In this document: one piece after another, positions 28,601 to 45,135 of the stretch
How the letters are laid out: each line of letters begins with the position of its first letter
Position numbering within the stretch: position 1 is the stretch's first letter
Source of the DNA: the human T2T-CHM13v2.0 reference genome, Homo sapiens
Length of the DNA: 64,000 bases
Assembly: GCF_009914755.1 (NCBI RefSeq)
Contig: NC_060935.1
Direction: 5' to 3' (one strand)
Notes under the pieces: model-generated
The model's database searches: none
The model's input: only the letters and a program-made list of their open reading frames with translations
Told to the model about the DNA's origin: nothing
Program-made: the position numbers and the translations under genes

Positions 28601-29319
28601 TTCTGCCCCTGGTTCAGTGACGGATGTGTAATACTCCTGGCGAGGGCCCCTTTGCCAGATTGCTTGCAAGCATCTGATTTCAGAATGGGTGACCAGTCAG
28701 AAAATGTGCTTGAATGTGGCAGACAGCAAATTCAGTGAGCACAGAATGTCATCCTTTAACCAAAAACTCATGTTCTCTCCTCATTTGCAAGCTGGGCAAG
28801 TTAGGGTATTATAAAGCTTCTGTGTTTTTCCATCATTAGACAGAGTGTCAACAATTGGTGAGTGAGCCCTAGTCTTTGACTCCCTCCTGATTTATATTAT
28901 ACTATTTCTGTTAAGTCAGGAAACTATGCCAGTGTTTTCTCCATCAAACTAGATATGCATTTTCTGTTACGGCAGTGTTTGTGCCTAATGCTTCTGTCAC
29001 AGGAGTTTCCTTATGGGGTTTTACTTCTAAAGAATTACTAGGGAGAAAATTCTGTTGTCATTTGGCATGAAGCCACACCATCCCTTCCAGGTTGTTGGTT
29101 TGCAAGCATCCCTCCTTCTGCCTGAAGGAGAGTGCAGCATGCATGACCTTCTAGGAGAATGGAGACTTCCCCAGGTTAGGGAGCTGGCACCCTTTAGACA
29201 GTACCTGGGCTTTGCCTGCAGCTCAGGCATGCTGGAGAGGTGGGCTGCTTTGGGGCTGCTTCTGCTCTCCCACCTCGTCTTTCCAGCTCACCGATTAGCA
29301 AATGTCTTCACTTGCTGAA

Positions 29320-29590
29320 GATGGTAATAGCAATGATAAAAGCACTCTCATTTGTTGAGTGCTGTCTCAGTGTCAGTCATTCTGCTAACTTTTTTATGTG
29401 TGTGGTTTCATTTAGTCCTCACCACTATTTTCTGAGGTCGCTATAATTAAATCACATCTTAGAATTCAGGAAGCTGAGACAAAATGGCCAACTGACTTGT
29501 TCAAGGCACAAAATCAGTAAACTGTGGAACTAGCACTTAAAGCTGGTTCTGTCAAAATCACAAGCCTGTTTCTTAACTACTTTGTATAGG
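29320..29590 (-). mobile_element. MIR
   Basis: catttgttgagtgct...tttcatttagtcctcacc...aggaagctgagac...tgacttgttcaagg. Confidence 0.8.
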
Positions 29591-31488
29591 CTTTGGAGCA
29601 GATGAGGGTAGGAAGTGCCCACACCTCACTTCCATTTTGTATCATCTGACCCACTATGGGTCCCCTGCCCAAGACAGTGAAGGTGGCTGAGGGGCAATGG
29701 TCATTACCATGACTCTGACATTTGGATAGATTTCAGAGGAGCTTTAGTGCCTCCCTGCATCTTCATCTTCTCTGTTCCACACCACCTCGCCATTAGCCAT
29801 GAATAGATATCACTAACCATCACAACTCGTGGATGTCCTTAGTGTTCACCTAAATAGCCTATCCTAATGTTTGTACCCTTGATTGAAAGATTCCAGTTGG
29901 AAAACCAACTCATATTTTGGTAGATTTAAGTCTTCTATGATGGTTTGAAATTTTCATTGGTGATCAGTGAAAATATTCACTGGAATCTACCTTATGATAT
30001 GATTTCCCTTGTAGCCTCTCATCTCTTCATGCATCACCCTGATAGGTAAAGTAGCCTGGCTGCTGAAAGAGGAGACTAAGGAAGGGGGGTGGGGGGAAAT
30101 GACTTGCCCAAAGTCATGCAGTTAGTGGACTTCATCTGTAATCCATCTGATTAAAGAAACATGACAACAATTACATTGATTTTTTTAAATGAACTTTTAG
30201 ACAAATTTTAATATAGCATTTGGTTAATAACAGAAAATTTTGCCTTCTGAGGGGACTTTATCTGCCTTCCCTCACTGCTTTAAACTAGCTTTAAAGCAAA
30301 TGTTTGGCAGTTTCTTAAATATATGAAGGGATAATTGTTGTTTTGCTGTTCAGTTGTAAAACAAATTAACCAAGTAGAACTATACTTTAAACGTGTATTT
30401 TGTAGTAGGATAAACAATTCAAATGCTGAGCATCCTTGTGAATACCATGTAATTAAAATTGTCCCCATATTTTATGTGCTATATGATATTATAATCTGTT
30501 CTTTCCACATGAGTCACATTATTTAGTCATAAAATTACTACCAATTTCTCATTTACCTTTAAAACGGAAAAGGCAACACTTTACTTTTCTTGCTGATTTA
30601 TTTTGAGGCCAGTTTTCTATATACCTTTAATATTACCACTTTCCCCTTTCTATAACCCTTTCCAATTTCCTTTGTCCCGATAAGACTTTGAGCTGGCATC
30701 TATCATATCTACCTAAATTTCCTTAGATTTGTGATCAAGTAAATAGAGTACCTTCCATTTCTTGAACTTTTTTTTTTAATCTTAAAATGAAATACTACAA
30801 ATACCATGACATCTAACACTGTGGTTGAGGGTTTAAGTATGTTCAGGAAATTAAAAGCTAGGATCCCTGCAGGAACCATAAGATTATGATACACGGATAA
30901 GTGTAACAAGTTTCACATGTATCTGAAAGAGCTGAGTCATCACTGCCTTTTTGTTGTGAACAAGTATCAATTCTCTAACCTTAGAATCTTCAAACATTAA
31001 TTTAATGCATTTTATTTCCATTTCTAGTGAGTTGTTTGAGGCAATATTACACACATGAGTTCTGATGGGTTTTATGTTACGAGGATATTGATACTTGTCA
31101 ATGCTCAGGTAATTTACTTTTCGTTTTCAACTCCTTATGGAATGTTATGCTGTTAGTTGTTACTTTTCAACCTTGTGTTCATGCTTTCATATTGCAATTA
31201 CTCAGTTTTTAATATAAAACTAAATGGAAAAACCTGCTTGGGTGTGAAATATGTGAGTTTGCAGGTTATATATTTTCTGCTTGTTTCTTCTTCTTGCATC
31301 ATGCTCCAGAATTTCTTCAGGCACTCTTTCTCAACCGCACAATGAAACAAGATATAGCTTTTAGAATGGGCTACCTGATTGTATATTAGTATTCCTGGGT
31401 AATTATGCCTATGAGAATCAGAGAACTGATAAAAACCTAATAAATAGTGAGATAATATTCTCCATGAAAATATAGTCCTGAATTCAGC

Positions 31489-31513
31489 AATAATAATAAT
31501 AATAATAATAATA
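31489..31513. repeat. (AAT)8 microsatellite
   Basis: Read directly. Confidence 0.95.
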
Positions 31514-33329
31514 CTCCTCACATGCAACACAGCAATATTCCACTGCAGCCATCAATGCCTAGGGAACAGCATCTCTGTCTGGAAGGTTGGAAGGAACTTC
31601 AAGGAGTCACCAGGAAACATTGAGAACCTCCCTTTGCAGGGGCCTGCTGGGAAGACTTAGGAAGCATACTGGTGCCATGCCCAGGCTTCTGGAGGCTACA
31701 GTATCATGGCACAGAGCAAGAAAGAGAGAACCTTTGGATAAACAGGAGTCTTTCTCAGAGATACTCCCGAATTTTGCATTTCTGTGGCCATGGTTTATGA
31801 ATGCTGCTGTTTATGAATGCAGCTGTTTCAAACGCTCTTTACATAAATTTTGATTATTATACTCTTGAGCATTTACAAAGCAAAGAGGTGATTTCTTTTT
31901 TACTGATATTTATTCATGATTTCTGAATAATTAACTGTGGGTGGTTCAGTTGTCAGAACTCTAGTGAACTTGGACACTTTTGCTCCATTGTGTCTCTGTG
32001 CCACTTCTGTAGCAGAAGCAAACTTTTAAGTCATTCCTTGATAACAGCAAAGTGCTTACAGAGGCTCAAAATGGAGGAGGGGAGTCTCTGACTAGTATTT
32101 AGTATGAATGTGGGTTAAAACCTGTTTAGAATTTGCAAGTGGCTATATCTAATTTTCTGGTGTCTTTGACAGTCTGTGTATATTTGATGTAATGCACATT
32201 AGTTTGCATGTTAGCCTATGTTTTAAATGTGTACTATACAAATCCCTGGTGGAATTTGAATTTGGATTCAGTTTTTGAATTTATGAAAAACAAGTATACC
32301 AAAAGCTCATTGTAGCTCAGGTATTGTCTAAGCTGAATTAAGTGCTCAGCAAAATAATGTATTTTGGTATCAAAGCAAGTTTTGCTATTAAAAATAACCT
32401 AAAGATCAAATATGAAAGTGAAAACCAACAACTATCAACCTGCAAATAAAATAATTTTCATCTTGTGAATAAGAGAGTAAACTAGAAGGATATAATATGA
32501 AAGTGTGTGTGTGTGTCTATGATTTAAGCATATCATTTCTTATTGATGTAGTTTCAGTTATAGTCTACAAATAGGCTTGGAAGCTGTATCATATATTAGC
32601 ATTTTGTGGAGTTCAGACATTGGATAATTTACATAAAACTACTTGAAATAGGCAGACTAAAACTATTTTTTGTTAGTAAGTAAAATTAAGATTTATTTAT
32701 TAAGTTTGAAACTTCGTCAATAATTCTAGAAATAAATTCCCATTCAGGCTTCTCATTTTTGTACATTGATACTGCACAAAGCATTTTTAAGCAGATTCCT
32801 TTTGAGTTTTTTTTCTTCATAATACAAACTTAAGTAAGTCGATATTATGTGAAAATTTAAGGTAATTTAATTTTGATTAAGGTGACATTTACTAGTGCAC
32901 TTGTAAAAGGGATTTGCTAACTGAATTAAATGATTAAACTAAATTAGCAATAAAATTCACATGAGAAGGGGTGTTTCAGTTACCCTTGCAGAAAATTTTT
33001 ATTGAGCATCTAGCCGATGTATAGCTTTCAGTCATATGCAAATTTTTCTTAAGGACATTTATTTCTTTTTAAATTTTTTAGACACAACCAGGACTTTGTC
33101 AAGTAATTCTAATAAATTCTACACAGGCCTTCAAACAGGTTTGTGTTTTATCTGAAAATTCTTTGATAATGTTTATTTATGTTGTAATACTCATTTTTAA
33201 AGTATTAAGCTGTACTCCTTAAAAACTGTCTTTAAGTTGAACCAGTTGTATAGTTTAGACCAATATTTAGGCCCAACTTCCTTTTTTAGACTTTCAAGTG
33301 TCTTTTTTCATTTTCTCCTTCGAAGTTAC

Positions 33330-33630
33330 AGGCTTCAGAGATCCCTCCTTTTACCTTCAAAATCTCAGTTTAAGCCTCTTGTCCTCAGGGGAGCTTTCTC
33401 TGGCATCTCAGATCAGCTTGGGTTCCTTTTTATATGATCCCAAAGCATCCACCGTTTCTTTTTTGCACTTATCATAATTGAAATGATATAGTTTAAATAT
33501 TTCTTTAGTGTTTTCTTCCCCTCACTCCTACAAGCTTCACAGAATAAAGACCATGTTCATCCTGCTCACTTACAGTGCCTGGCACACAGTAGGCACTTAG
33601 ACATTTGTGGAAGGGATGATTGAGTGCATA
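33330..33630 (+). mobile_element. L2 3' end
   Basis: cagtgcctggcacacagtaggcacttagacatttgtggaagggatgattgagtg. Confidence 0.8.
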
Positions 33631-33891
33631 AAGACTGCAGCAGGCTGAAGCCTCTGCCTCCTCCCTGTGAGATGCTTTTGTCTGAACCCATTTAGTGTTT
33701 ATAGGAGAATATCCCTAAGCCCAAGATTAAGGATGAATTAAACCCAGTTTCTTTCTTTGACCTTGAATCTTTCATTTGTCCTATTCTGCTGGCCGTTTTA
33801 TTGTCTCTGATCTTCAAAAACATTTTTCCCTAGTTCAGGGAAAAATGAGTAAACAGCCATACAAGAAGATTATTAAGTGACTATCTTCTCT

Positions 33892-34462
<571 letters not shown>

Positions 34463-34669
34463 CACCCTTCTATTTCTTGATATACTCCAGTGGTATAGGA
34501 ATTATAGGGGGAGAGAGGAAATCAAATTGCAATGATCTCAATGGAGGTTATTCAGAAAATATTCTAAAAAGGCCAAAAAGGCCAAACATCTATACAACTT
34601 ATAAGAAAGAAGAATGGAGAAGTTAGTTGATACTGTGGAAGAAAACTTGACAAGCACATTTGTTTTCAC

Positions 34670-34860
34670 CGCATACCCCTTTAGTAAGTTTCTTAACCTT
34701 TTTGTGCTTCAGTTTCTTGACCTTCCAAATGAGGGGAGAACAGTAGGACCTACCTAATAGCAACCCCATTAGGATTAAAGGAGACAATAAGATAATACAT
34801 AAACAGTGCTTAATTAATGTAGTACTAGGCACATTGGGAACATTTAATAACTATTTTATT
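34670..34860 (+). mobile_element. MIR
   Basis: taagtttcttaacctttttgtgcttcagtttc...aggattaaaggagacaat...aaacagtgctta. Confidence 0.8.
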
Positions 34861-35404
34861 GTCTCCCTATATTTAGAGTTAACCCAGAGTGATAGCATCT
34901 CTGTGTTTTTCTTTCCTTTTTTTACTTGTAATAGTGTTTTTCCATACAAAGCCATTTCAGTTTTATACTACACATTTTGTCTCTTTGTCCCAGAATAACT
35001 ACAGAAATGACAATTGGTCACTTTTCTCTCCACCTCACCCCTGCGAAAATCTCCCACTTTGCAAACTGACTCAGGGCCCATGCCCAATAATGAGAATGAG
35101 AAGAAATCATTTTATCAGTTTTGCTGGTAGATTTTTTTCTCAATTAGAAGAATAAGAGAATGTTGGAGAATTCAGCAGGACTTAGAATGCTGGTTCATTG
35201 GGGAACATAGATACAGCAGAGTAAGAAAAATTGGAAGAAATAAGAACTGGGACTTCTTTATCTGAATAAAGCCAGGATTTCTATGCAATTCAATCAGAAG
35301 ACCATTTTTTAAAATGTGGGGAATTGAATTGATAAAGATTGATTGAATAGAAGTAACACAAATTGTGCTGGAGAAAAATGATGGTGTTCTCTCTGCTGGA
35401 GCCA

Positions 35405-35780
35405 AACCTCTTGCTCACTTAAATTCTAGTGTGGGGACAGTTTATACTGTACTGCAACATATAATTAAATAAAATACGTTTCAAGGAAGTGCTGTGTGAA
35501 GTTTGCAGGTGGGAACGATGGCAGTGGATGGAGGAATCAGGAGAAGCTTCCTGAAAGATAGTGGCATTCAGGACAGGTCTGGAAGGATGGATGCAGTTTT
35601 GACATGTGGAGGTAGAACCCTGAAAGGATACTTCAGGCACAGGGAATGGGGTGAGCAAAGGCACAAGGGTGGGAAGATGTGTGGGAAATGGTGATAGCTA
35701 ATTCAGTATGCATGTGTGCTATGCCAGTGTTGGGAGGAAAAGACTGAGTAATGCAGCATAATAGGTAGGACGGGATCGTA
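35405..35780 (-). mobile_element. L2 fragment
   Basis: ggaatcaggagaagcttcctga...gagcaaaggcacaagggtgggaag. Confidence 0.7.
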
Positions 35781-36529
35781 GAGTAACCCTTCTTTTTCTA
35801 CCTCACTGAAAATGTATCCTAAATTTGGAATCATTTAAGTTCTTTAAAACCTTCTTGGATTCTAAGATCAGAGTTTCCTATAGATCATGTTCAAGTATTC
35901 AATGGGCTCCATATGTGCAGCTTTTTCATTCTGTCCATCCTAATATTGTTTAGAATAATGCCTCTTTCCCTCCTTTGGTCGAGAAGACTTTGGAACTCAC
36001 CAGATGAGGCCATTCACAGGTGTGACTTCCAGCCTCTTGCTTCTCCTCATTTGTAGAAATACAAATCACTCTACCTTCTATTTAGGACTTAAGAAAAATA
36101 GAGTTCATTTTAAAATGTCATTTTTGAGAATGAGACTATTGAGTTCAAAAGTAATTAAATATTTTTTTTAAAAAAAACTAAGTTTAAAAATAACACAATT
36201 AGCCTCTAAACCAAATTCAGATTAATTTAAAAGTGATTAGAACGAAAACTGGTTCTGACACTTGTTTTAATCGCTGTTTTTAAGTATTTATTTTTAAAAT
36301 CACATGAGCATATATGTATGCATATTTAATAACCCACCAACTCTCTTCTCTCTTTATTCCTCTGGGATTACCCTCCAAACCCCATCTTCTAGCCTCTGTT
36401 TTGGAGCTGGCCTAGGAAAATGAGGAAGCTGAATCCCTAAGAGCTCTCCTCATCACGGTATCAGGCAACTGTACTGGGAAGCTGATCATTGGTGTTTTGG
36501 GAGTAAAATAAGTGATAGAGGATGTGTGT

Positions 36530-38314
<1,785 letters not shown>

Positions 38315-38326
38315 TAGTTCTTTTAG

Positions 38327-39285
<959 letters not shown>

Positions 39286-39348
39286 TATGATGTTAGCTGG
39301 TTATTTTGCTCGTTAGTTGATGCAGTTTCTTCCTAGAATCGATGGTCT

Positions 39349-40372
39349 TTACAATTTGGCATGTTTTTGCAGTAGCTGGTACCGGTTGTTCCTTTCCATG
39401 TTTAGTGCTTCCTTCAGGAGCTCTTGTAAGGCAGGCCTGGTGGTGACAAAATCTCTCAGCATTTGTTTTTCTGTAAAGGATTTTATTTCTCCTTCACTTG
39501 TGAGCTTATTTTGGCTGGATATGAAATTCTGGGTTGAAAATTCTTTTCTTTAAGAATGTTGAATATTGGGCCTCACTCTCTACTGGCTTGTAGAGTTTCT
39601 GCCGAGAGATCTGCTGTTAGTCTGATGGGCTTCCGTTTGTCGGTAACCCCCACCTTTCTCTCTGGCTGCCCTTAACATTTTTTCCTTCATTTCAACTTTG
39701 GTGAATCTGACAATTATGTATCTTGGGGTTGCTCTTCTTGAGGAGTATCTTTGTGGCATTCTCTGTATTTCCTGAATTTGAATGTTGGCCTGCCTTGCTA
39801 GGTTGGGGAAGTTCTCCTGGATAATATCCTGTAGAGTGTTTTCCAACTTGGTTCCATTTTCCTTGTCACTTTCAGGTACACCAGTCAGACGTATATTTGG
39901 TCTTTTCACATAGTCTTATATTTCTTGGAGGCTTTGTTCATTTCTTTTTACTCTTTTTTCTCTAAACTTCTCTTCTCGTTTCATTTCATTCATTTGATCT
40001 TCCATCACTGATACCCTTTCTTCCACTTGATCAAATTAGCTACTGAAGCTCATGCATTCATCACGTAGTTCTCATGCCATGGTTTTCAGCTCCATCTGGT
40101 CATTTAAGGTCTTCTGTACGCTGTTTATTCTAGTTAGCCATTCGTCTAATCTTTCTTCAAGGTTTTTAGCTTCTTTGAGATGGGTTCGAACTTCCCCCTT
40201 TAGCTTGGAGAAGTTTGTTATTACCAATCGTCTGAAGCCTTCTTCTCTCAACTCGTCAAAGTCATTCTCTGTCCCACTTTGTTCCGTTGCTGGAGGAGCT
40301 GTGTTTCTTTGGAGGAGAAGAGGCACTCTGATTTTTAGAATTATCAGGTTTTCTGCTCTGGTTTCTCCCCAT
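39349..40372 (-). pseudogene. L1 ORF1p, disrupted
   Basis: Fragments TENDFDELREEGFRR, KRPNIRLTGVPESDKENGTKLENTLQDIIQENFPNLARQ; split across several ORFs by frameshifts and stops. Confidence 0.93.
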
Positions 40373-41382
40373 CTTTATGGTTTTATCTACCTTTGGTCTT
40401 TGATGATGGTGACGTACAGATGGGGTTTTGGTGTGGATGTCCTTTCTGTTTGTTAGTTTTCCTTCTAACTGTCAGGACCTTCAGCTGCAGGTCTGTTGGA
40501 GTTTGCTGGAGGACCACTCCAGACCTTGTTTGCCCGGGTGTCACCAGCGGAGCCTGCAGAACAGCAAATATTGCAGAAAGGCAAATGTTGCTGCCCAATC
40601 CTTCCTCTGGATGCTTCATCTCAGAGGGGCACCCGGCTCTATGAGGTGTCAGTCAGCCCCTACTGGGGGGTGTCTCCCAGTTAGGCTACTCGGGCATCAG
40701 GGCCCACTTGAGGAGGCAGTCTGTCCGTTCTCAGATCTCAAACTCCATGCTGGGAGAACCACTACTCTCTTCAAAGCTATCAGACAAGGACGTTTAAGTC
40801 TGCAGAAGTTTCTGCTGCCTTTTGTTCAGCTATGCCCTGCCCCCAGAGGTGGAGTCTGCAGAAGCAGGCAGGCCTCCATGAGCTGCGGTGGGCTCCACCC
40901 AGTTCGAGCTTCCCAGCCACTTTGTTTACCTACTCAAGCCTCAGCAATGGTGGATGCCCCTCCCCCAGCCTTGCTGCCTTGCAGTTTGATCTCAGACTGC
41001 TGTGCTAGCGGTGAGCGAGGCGCCATGGGTGTAGAACCCTCTGAGCCAGGCGCGGGATACAATCTCCTGGTGTGCCATTTGCTAAGACCGTTGGAAAAGT
41101 GCAGTATTAGGGGTGGGAGTGTCCCGATTTTCCAGATACCATCTGTCATGGCTTTCCTTGGCTAGGAAAGGGAATTCCCTGACCCCTTGCACTTCCAGGG
41201 TGAGGCAATGCCCCGCCCTGCTTCGGCTCACACTCTGTGGGCTGCACCCACTGTCCGACAAGCCCCAGTGAGATGAACCCAGTACCTCAGCTGGAAATGC
41301 AGAAATCACCCGTCTTTTGCGTGACTCACGCTTGGAGCTGTAGACTGGAGCTGTTCCTATTCGGCCATCTTGGAACCCCCTC
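40373..41382. promoter_or_regulatory. L1 5'UTR bidirectional promoter (sense fires on minus, antisense on plus); YY1 site at 41363-41372
   Basis: ggccatcttg is the YY1 motif CAAGATGGCC; 5'UTR complete; promoter activity known for the family, untested here. Confidence 0.65.
40947..41165 (+). CDS. L1 ORF0 homolog (antisense 5'UTR ORF), 72 aa; expression unknown
   Basis: MVDAPPPALLPCSLISDCCASGERGAMGVEPSEPGAGYNLLV... aligns with the primate L1 ORF0 N-terminus (MAGAPPPASLPPCSLISDCCAS...); C-terminus frameshifted. Confidence 0.55.
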   Translation: MVDAPPPALLPCSLISDCCASGERGAMGVEPSEPGAGYNLLVCHLLRPLEKCSIRGGSVPIFQIPSVMAFLG

Positions 41383-43200
41383 TGGAATGGCTCTTTAAAT
41401 TTTATTTTTGGATGTTTCATTGCTAATGCATATAAATACATTTATTTTTTATACTTTGAGCTCATACCCTGCAACCTTGCTGAACCCATTTATTAGCTCC
41501 AACATTTCTTTGTGTATTCCTAAGGGTCTTCTATATACAAAATCATGTTATCTACACATGGAAATAGTGCTAGTTTTTCCTTTCCAACTTGATTTTTTTT
41601 TTCTTTTTCTTATTTAATTGCCCTAGATAGAACTTCCAATAGAAATCTGAGTCAAAGCAGCAAGAGCATACACCCTTTTCTTATTCTTGATCTCAGGAAC
41701 AATGGATTAAGTATTTTACCACTAAGTATAATTTAGCTGTGCGTTTTTTATGGATGCCCTTTTTCAAGTTGAGAAAGTTCTCTTCTATTCTGATTTGTTT
41801 CATGTTTTAATCCTGAAAGGGTTGTTAGATTTCATCAAACTTTTTCTGAGTCTATCAGGATGGTCATGCGGTTTTGTCTTTTATTCTATTGAAATCATGC
41901 ATCATATTAATTGATTTGTAGATGTTAAGCCAACTTTGTATTTGTGGGAGAAAGCCCAATTAACCATGTTGTATAACCTTTTTTATTCTTTGCTGGATTC
42001 AGTTTGCTAGTATTTGTTGATAACTTTTGCATATATATTCATAAGAGATATAACTTTTGCATATATATTCATAAGAGATATTGATCTTTGGTTTTCCTTT
42101 CTTGTGATGATTTTGGTATCAGGATAAAACTGTCCTTATAGAATGAATTGAGAAATGTTCTCTTCTCCCCTATATTTTGGAAGAGTTTGTGAAGAATTGG
42201 TATTAATTCATTTGTAAATTTGTTCCAATTCACCAGCGAAGCCACCTGGAATTGGTCTTTTATCTGTGGGAAGATTTTTTGTTTTGCTTTTAATTATTAA
42301 TTCATTCTCTGTACTTCCAATATGCCTATTCAGATTTACTGTTTCTCCCTGAGTCAAGTTTGGTATTTTCCTTCTAGGATTTTTTTCATTTTTTCTAAGT
42401 TATCCAATTTGTTGTAATATAGTTATTCATAATATGTCCCTATGATCTCTTTTATTTTTGTAAAGTTAATAGTCGTTTCTCATTTCTGATTTTAGCAATT
42501 TGAGTCCCCTCTCTTCTTTTTCTTGATCACTCTAGCTCAATTTTGTCAAATTTGTTGAGCTTTTTAAAAAAAACACTTTTAGTTTTGTTGACTTCTTTTT
42601 TTCTATTTCATTGATTTCCACCACCACCTTTCTTCTACTTGCTTTAGGTTTAATTTGCTCTTCCTTTTTCACTGGAAGTTTAGGTTATTGATTTGGTTTT
42701 TATAATACATTTTATAAATTTATAGCTATTAAAAAAGTCATTTATAGCTATCAGTTTTCCTCTAAGCATTGCTTTACTGCATCTCATAAGTTGTGGGGTA
42801 CATCTATGTTATGCTTTTATTTTCATTTATTTCAAAGTATTTCTAATTTCTCTTAGTATTTCTACCTACATTGACCCATTGATTATTTAGGAGTGTGTTG
42901 TTTAATTTTCACATATATGAGATTTTTAAAAATGTACTTTTGCTATTAATTTCTAATTTTATTCCACTGTTACAAGGGAACACACTCTGTATAATTCCAA
43001 TCTTTTTAAATTTATTAAGGATTGTTCTATGGCCTAATAGATGGTCTATCCTGAAGAATGTTCCATGTGCACTTGAGAAAAATACGTGCTCTGTTGCCAC
43101 TGAATATAGTGTTATGTATTTTTGTCTTTGGTCTAGTTGGCTTAGAGCATTGTTCAAGTCTTCTATTTTATGGTTGATCTTTTGCATAGTTGTTCCATGG
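41383..43200 (-). mobile_element. Old L1M (continuation of the L1MB), ORF2 region
   Basis: ORF 42909-43205 (minus) gives the degenerate EN stretch EHVFFSSAHGTFFRIDHLLGH; colinear antisense L1M sequence. Confidence 0.9.
42020..42081. repeat. Perfect 30-bp tandem duplication
   Basis: taacttttgcatatatattcataagagata x2 (42021-42050, 42051-42080). Confidence 0.97.
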
Positions 43201-43511
43201 CACATGTACTTTCATGTAGAAATATCAATAGTATAAATCTTGTGCTGATTTAAGCCCTGTGCTTGAAAACATTTTACCTTTCTCCCCAGTAGCTAACTGT
43301 AGCAATAATCTTGATTTTTTTTAACCAAATTTCAGTCAAACCGTCTTCTAAGCTAATTAGGGAAACTTGTTTTAATTTATTAAGTACATTCTCATTCACA
43401 CTTATTCTTCCATTATTAAAAAAAATTATATTTTTAATTGATGATTAAGACTACTGGGCTTATTCCTATCAAAGACTCTTTTATTTGATTTTTTTAAAGT
43501 TATTTCTTTTA

Positions 43512-43885
43512 TGATTATCTTAATTCAGACTGCTGTAACGGAATACTCTGATGTGGGTGACTTAAGCAACATTTATTTCTCACCATTTAAGGCTGGAAGA
43601 GTCTGGGAATTCTAAAGTCAAGGAGCCAGCAGATCTGGTGTCTGGAAGGGGCACTTTTCCTGGATTGCAGAGAGCTGTCTTTTTGTTATGTCCTCACATG
43701 ACAGAGCAGAGAGAGAAGAAGCAAGCTCTCTCATGTCTCTTCTTATATCAGCACTAATCCCATCATGCAGGCTCCACTCTAATTACCTCCCAGAGGCCTC
43801 ATTTTAAACTATCATGGTATTAAAGATTAGAGTTTCAACATACAAATTTTGGGGTTGGGAGGGACACAAACATGCAATCCATACA
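43512..43885 (-). mobile_element. MLT1A-type solo LTR
   Basis: actgctgtaac...atttatttctcac...ccagcagatctggtgtctgg...gtcctcacatg...gtttcaacatacaaattttgggg...gacacaaacat. Confidence 0.88.
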
Positions 43886-44591
43886 ATCACCATCCCAAAT
43901 CAAGGCTGATCTTGAAAACTCCCTCCTTAAATTTTGATTCCAAAATGTAACTCTGCCTTTATCGTGATCACGTGTCTCCTTCCCAGTCAGCCAAGGGGAA
44001 ATAGTTACATATGCTCTGGGTTGATCAATGAATCAAGAGTATCCAAACAGATAAATTGAAGGAGTAGGAGAATTATTTATATTATGCAGAAGGTGGGGAG
44101 AAGGAAAAAAGAGTTTTAAGAAGGTCTTTGCAAAACAACTATTTCCAGATGGACAAAATCGCTAGCACTTTTTGCTTATCCTTAAGGCTTGTATTTCATC
44201 CCCAGCTCCTCCTCCTTGAGATGTTAAAGCTTATTCAACTAGATCAATTTTTTGGAGGAGTTGGAGAAAATCAAGTGCCCCACAAAGATGCTTGGCATAA
44301 ACTTCACTGTGTGATCTGGCTCACTTCTTCCAATGCCAAATGCTGCTGCAACATCACTAGGTTCCACAGCACATGCAGCTCATGGCCATCTTGTTTCTTT
44401 TAGCATTAATGATCAGGATTGTTCTTCTACTTGTTATTTTATTGTAAAGTCTTGTTCTTGTAATCCGTTCTGTTCTTTGAATGTTGTGATTCCTAAGGCC
44501 TGTTATTTGAATTGCTTGAATTCGTATATTAAGAATGGCATTAAAATTGTATATGCTTGTAATAAAAGCCAACCTCAATCAATGAATATTC

Positions 44592-44756
44592 ACAGTGTTG
44601 TTTTTCACGCCACGATCAGCGGAGCCCTTTATCAGAAACCCCTAGGATGCGTGTTTAAAAATCAGATTTTGGCACAGTGGCTGTAGATAGTGGCTCAGGA
44701 ATCTACATTTTAACAACCCACGTAATTCGAATGCATTGACATGTTTAGATCCACTG
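44592..44756. mobile_element. MER5A-like hAT-Charlie relic
   Basis: cagtg...atcagaaacc...ttaaaaatcagatt...ggctcaggaatctacattttaacaa...ccactg. Confidence 0.7.
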
Positions 44757-44856
44757 ATTTAGGGGCTTGTTAAGTAGGTAGTCCATTGTAGATGCAAATT
44801 CTTATCCATTAGCCCCTAGGTAATTTTCCCCCAGCACCTTAAAAAATGTGGTGAAC

Positions 44857-45135
<279 letters not shown>

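Noticed and set aside
40428-40946. N-terminal part of the 245-aa + strand ORF
   Set aside because: Antisense L1 5'UTR with a non-ATG start; only the ORF0-like part from 40947 has a known counterpart.
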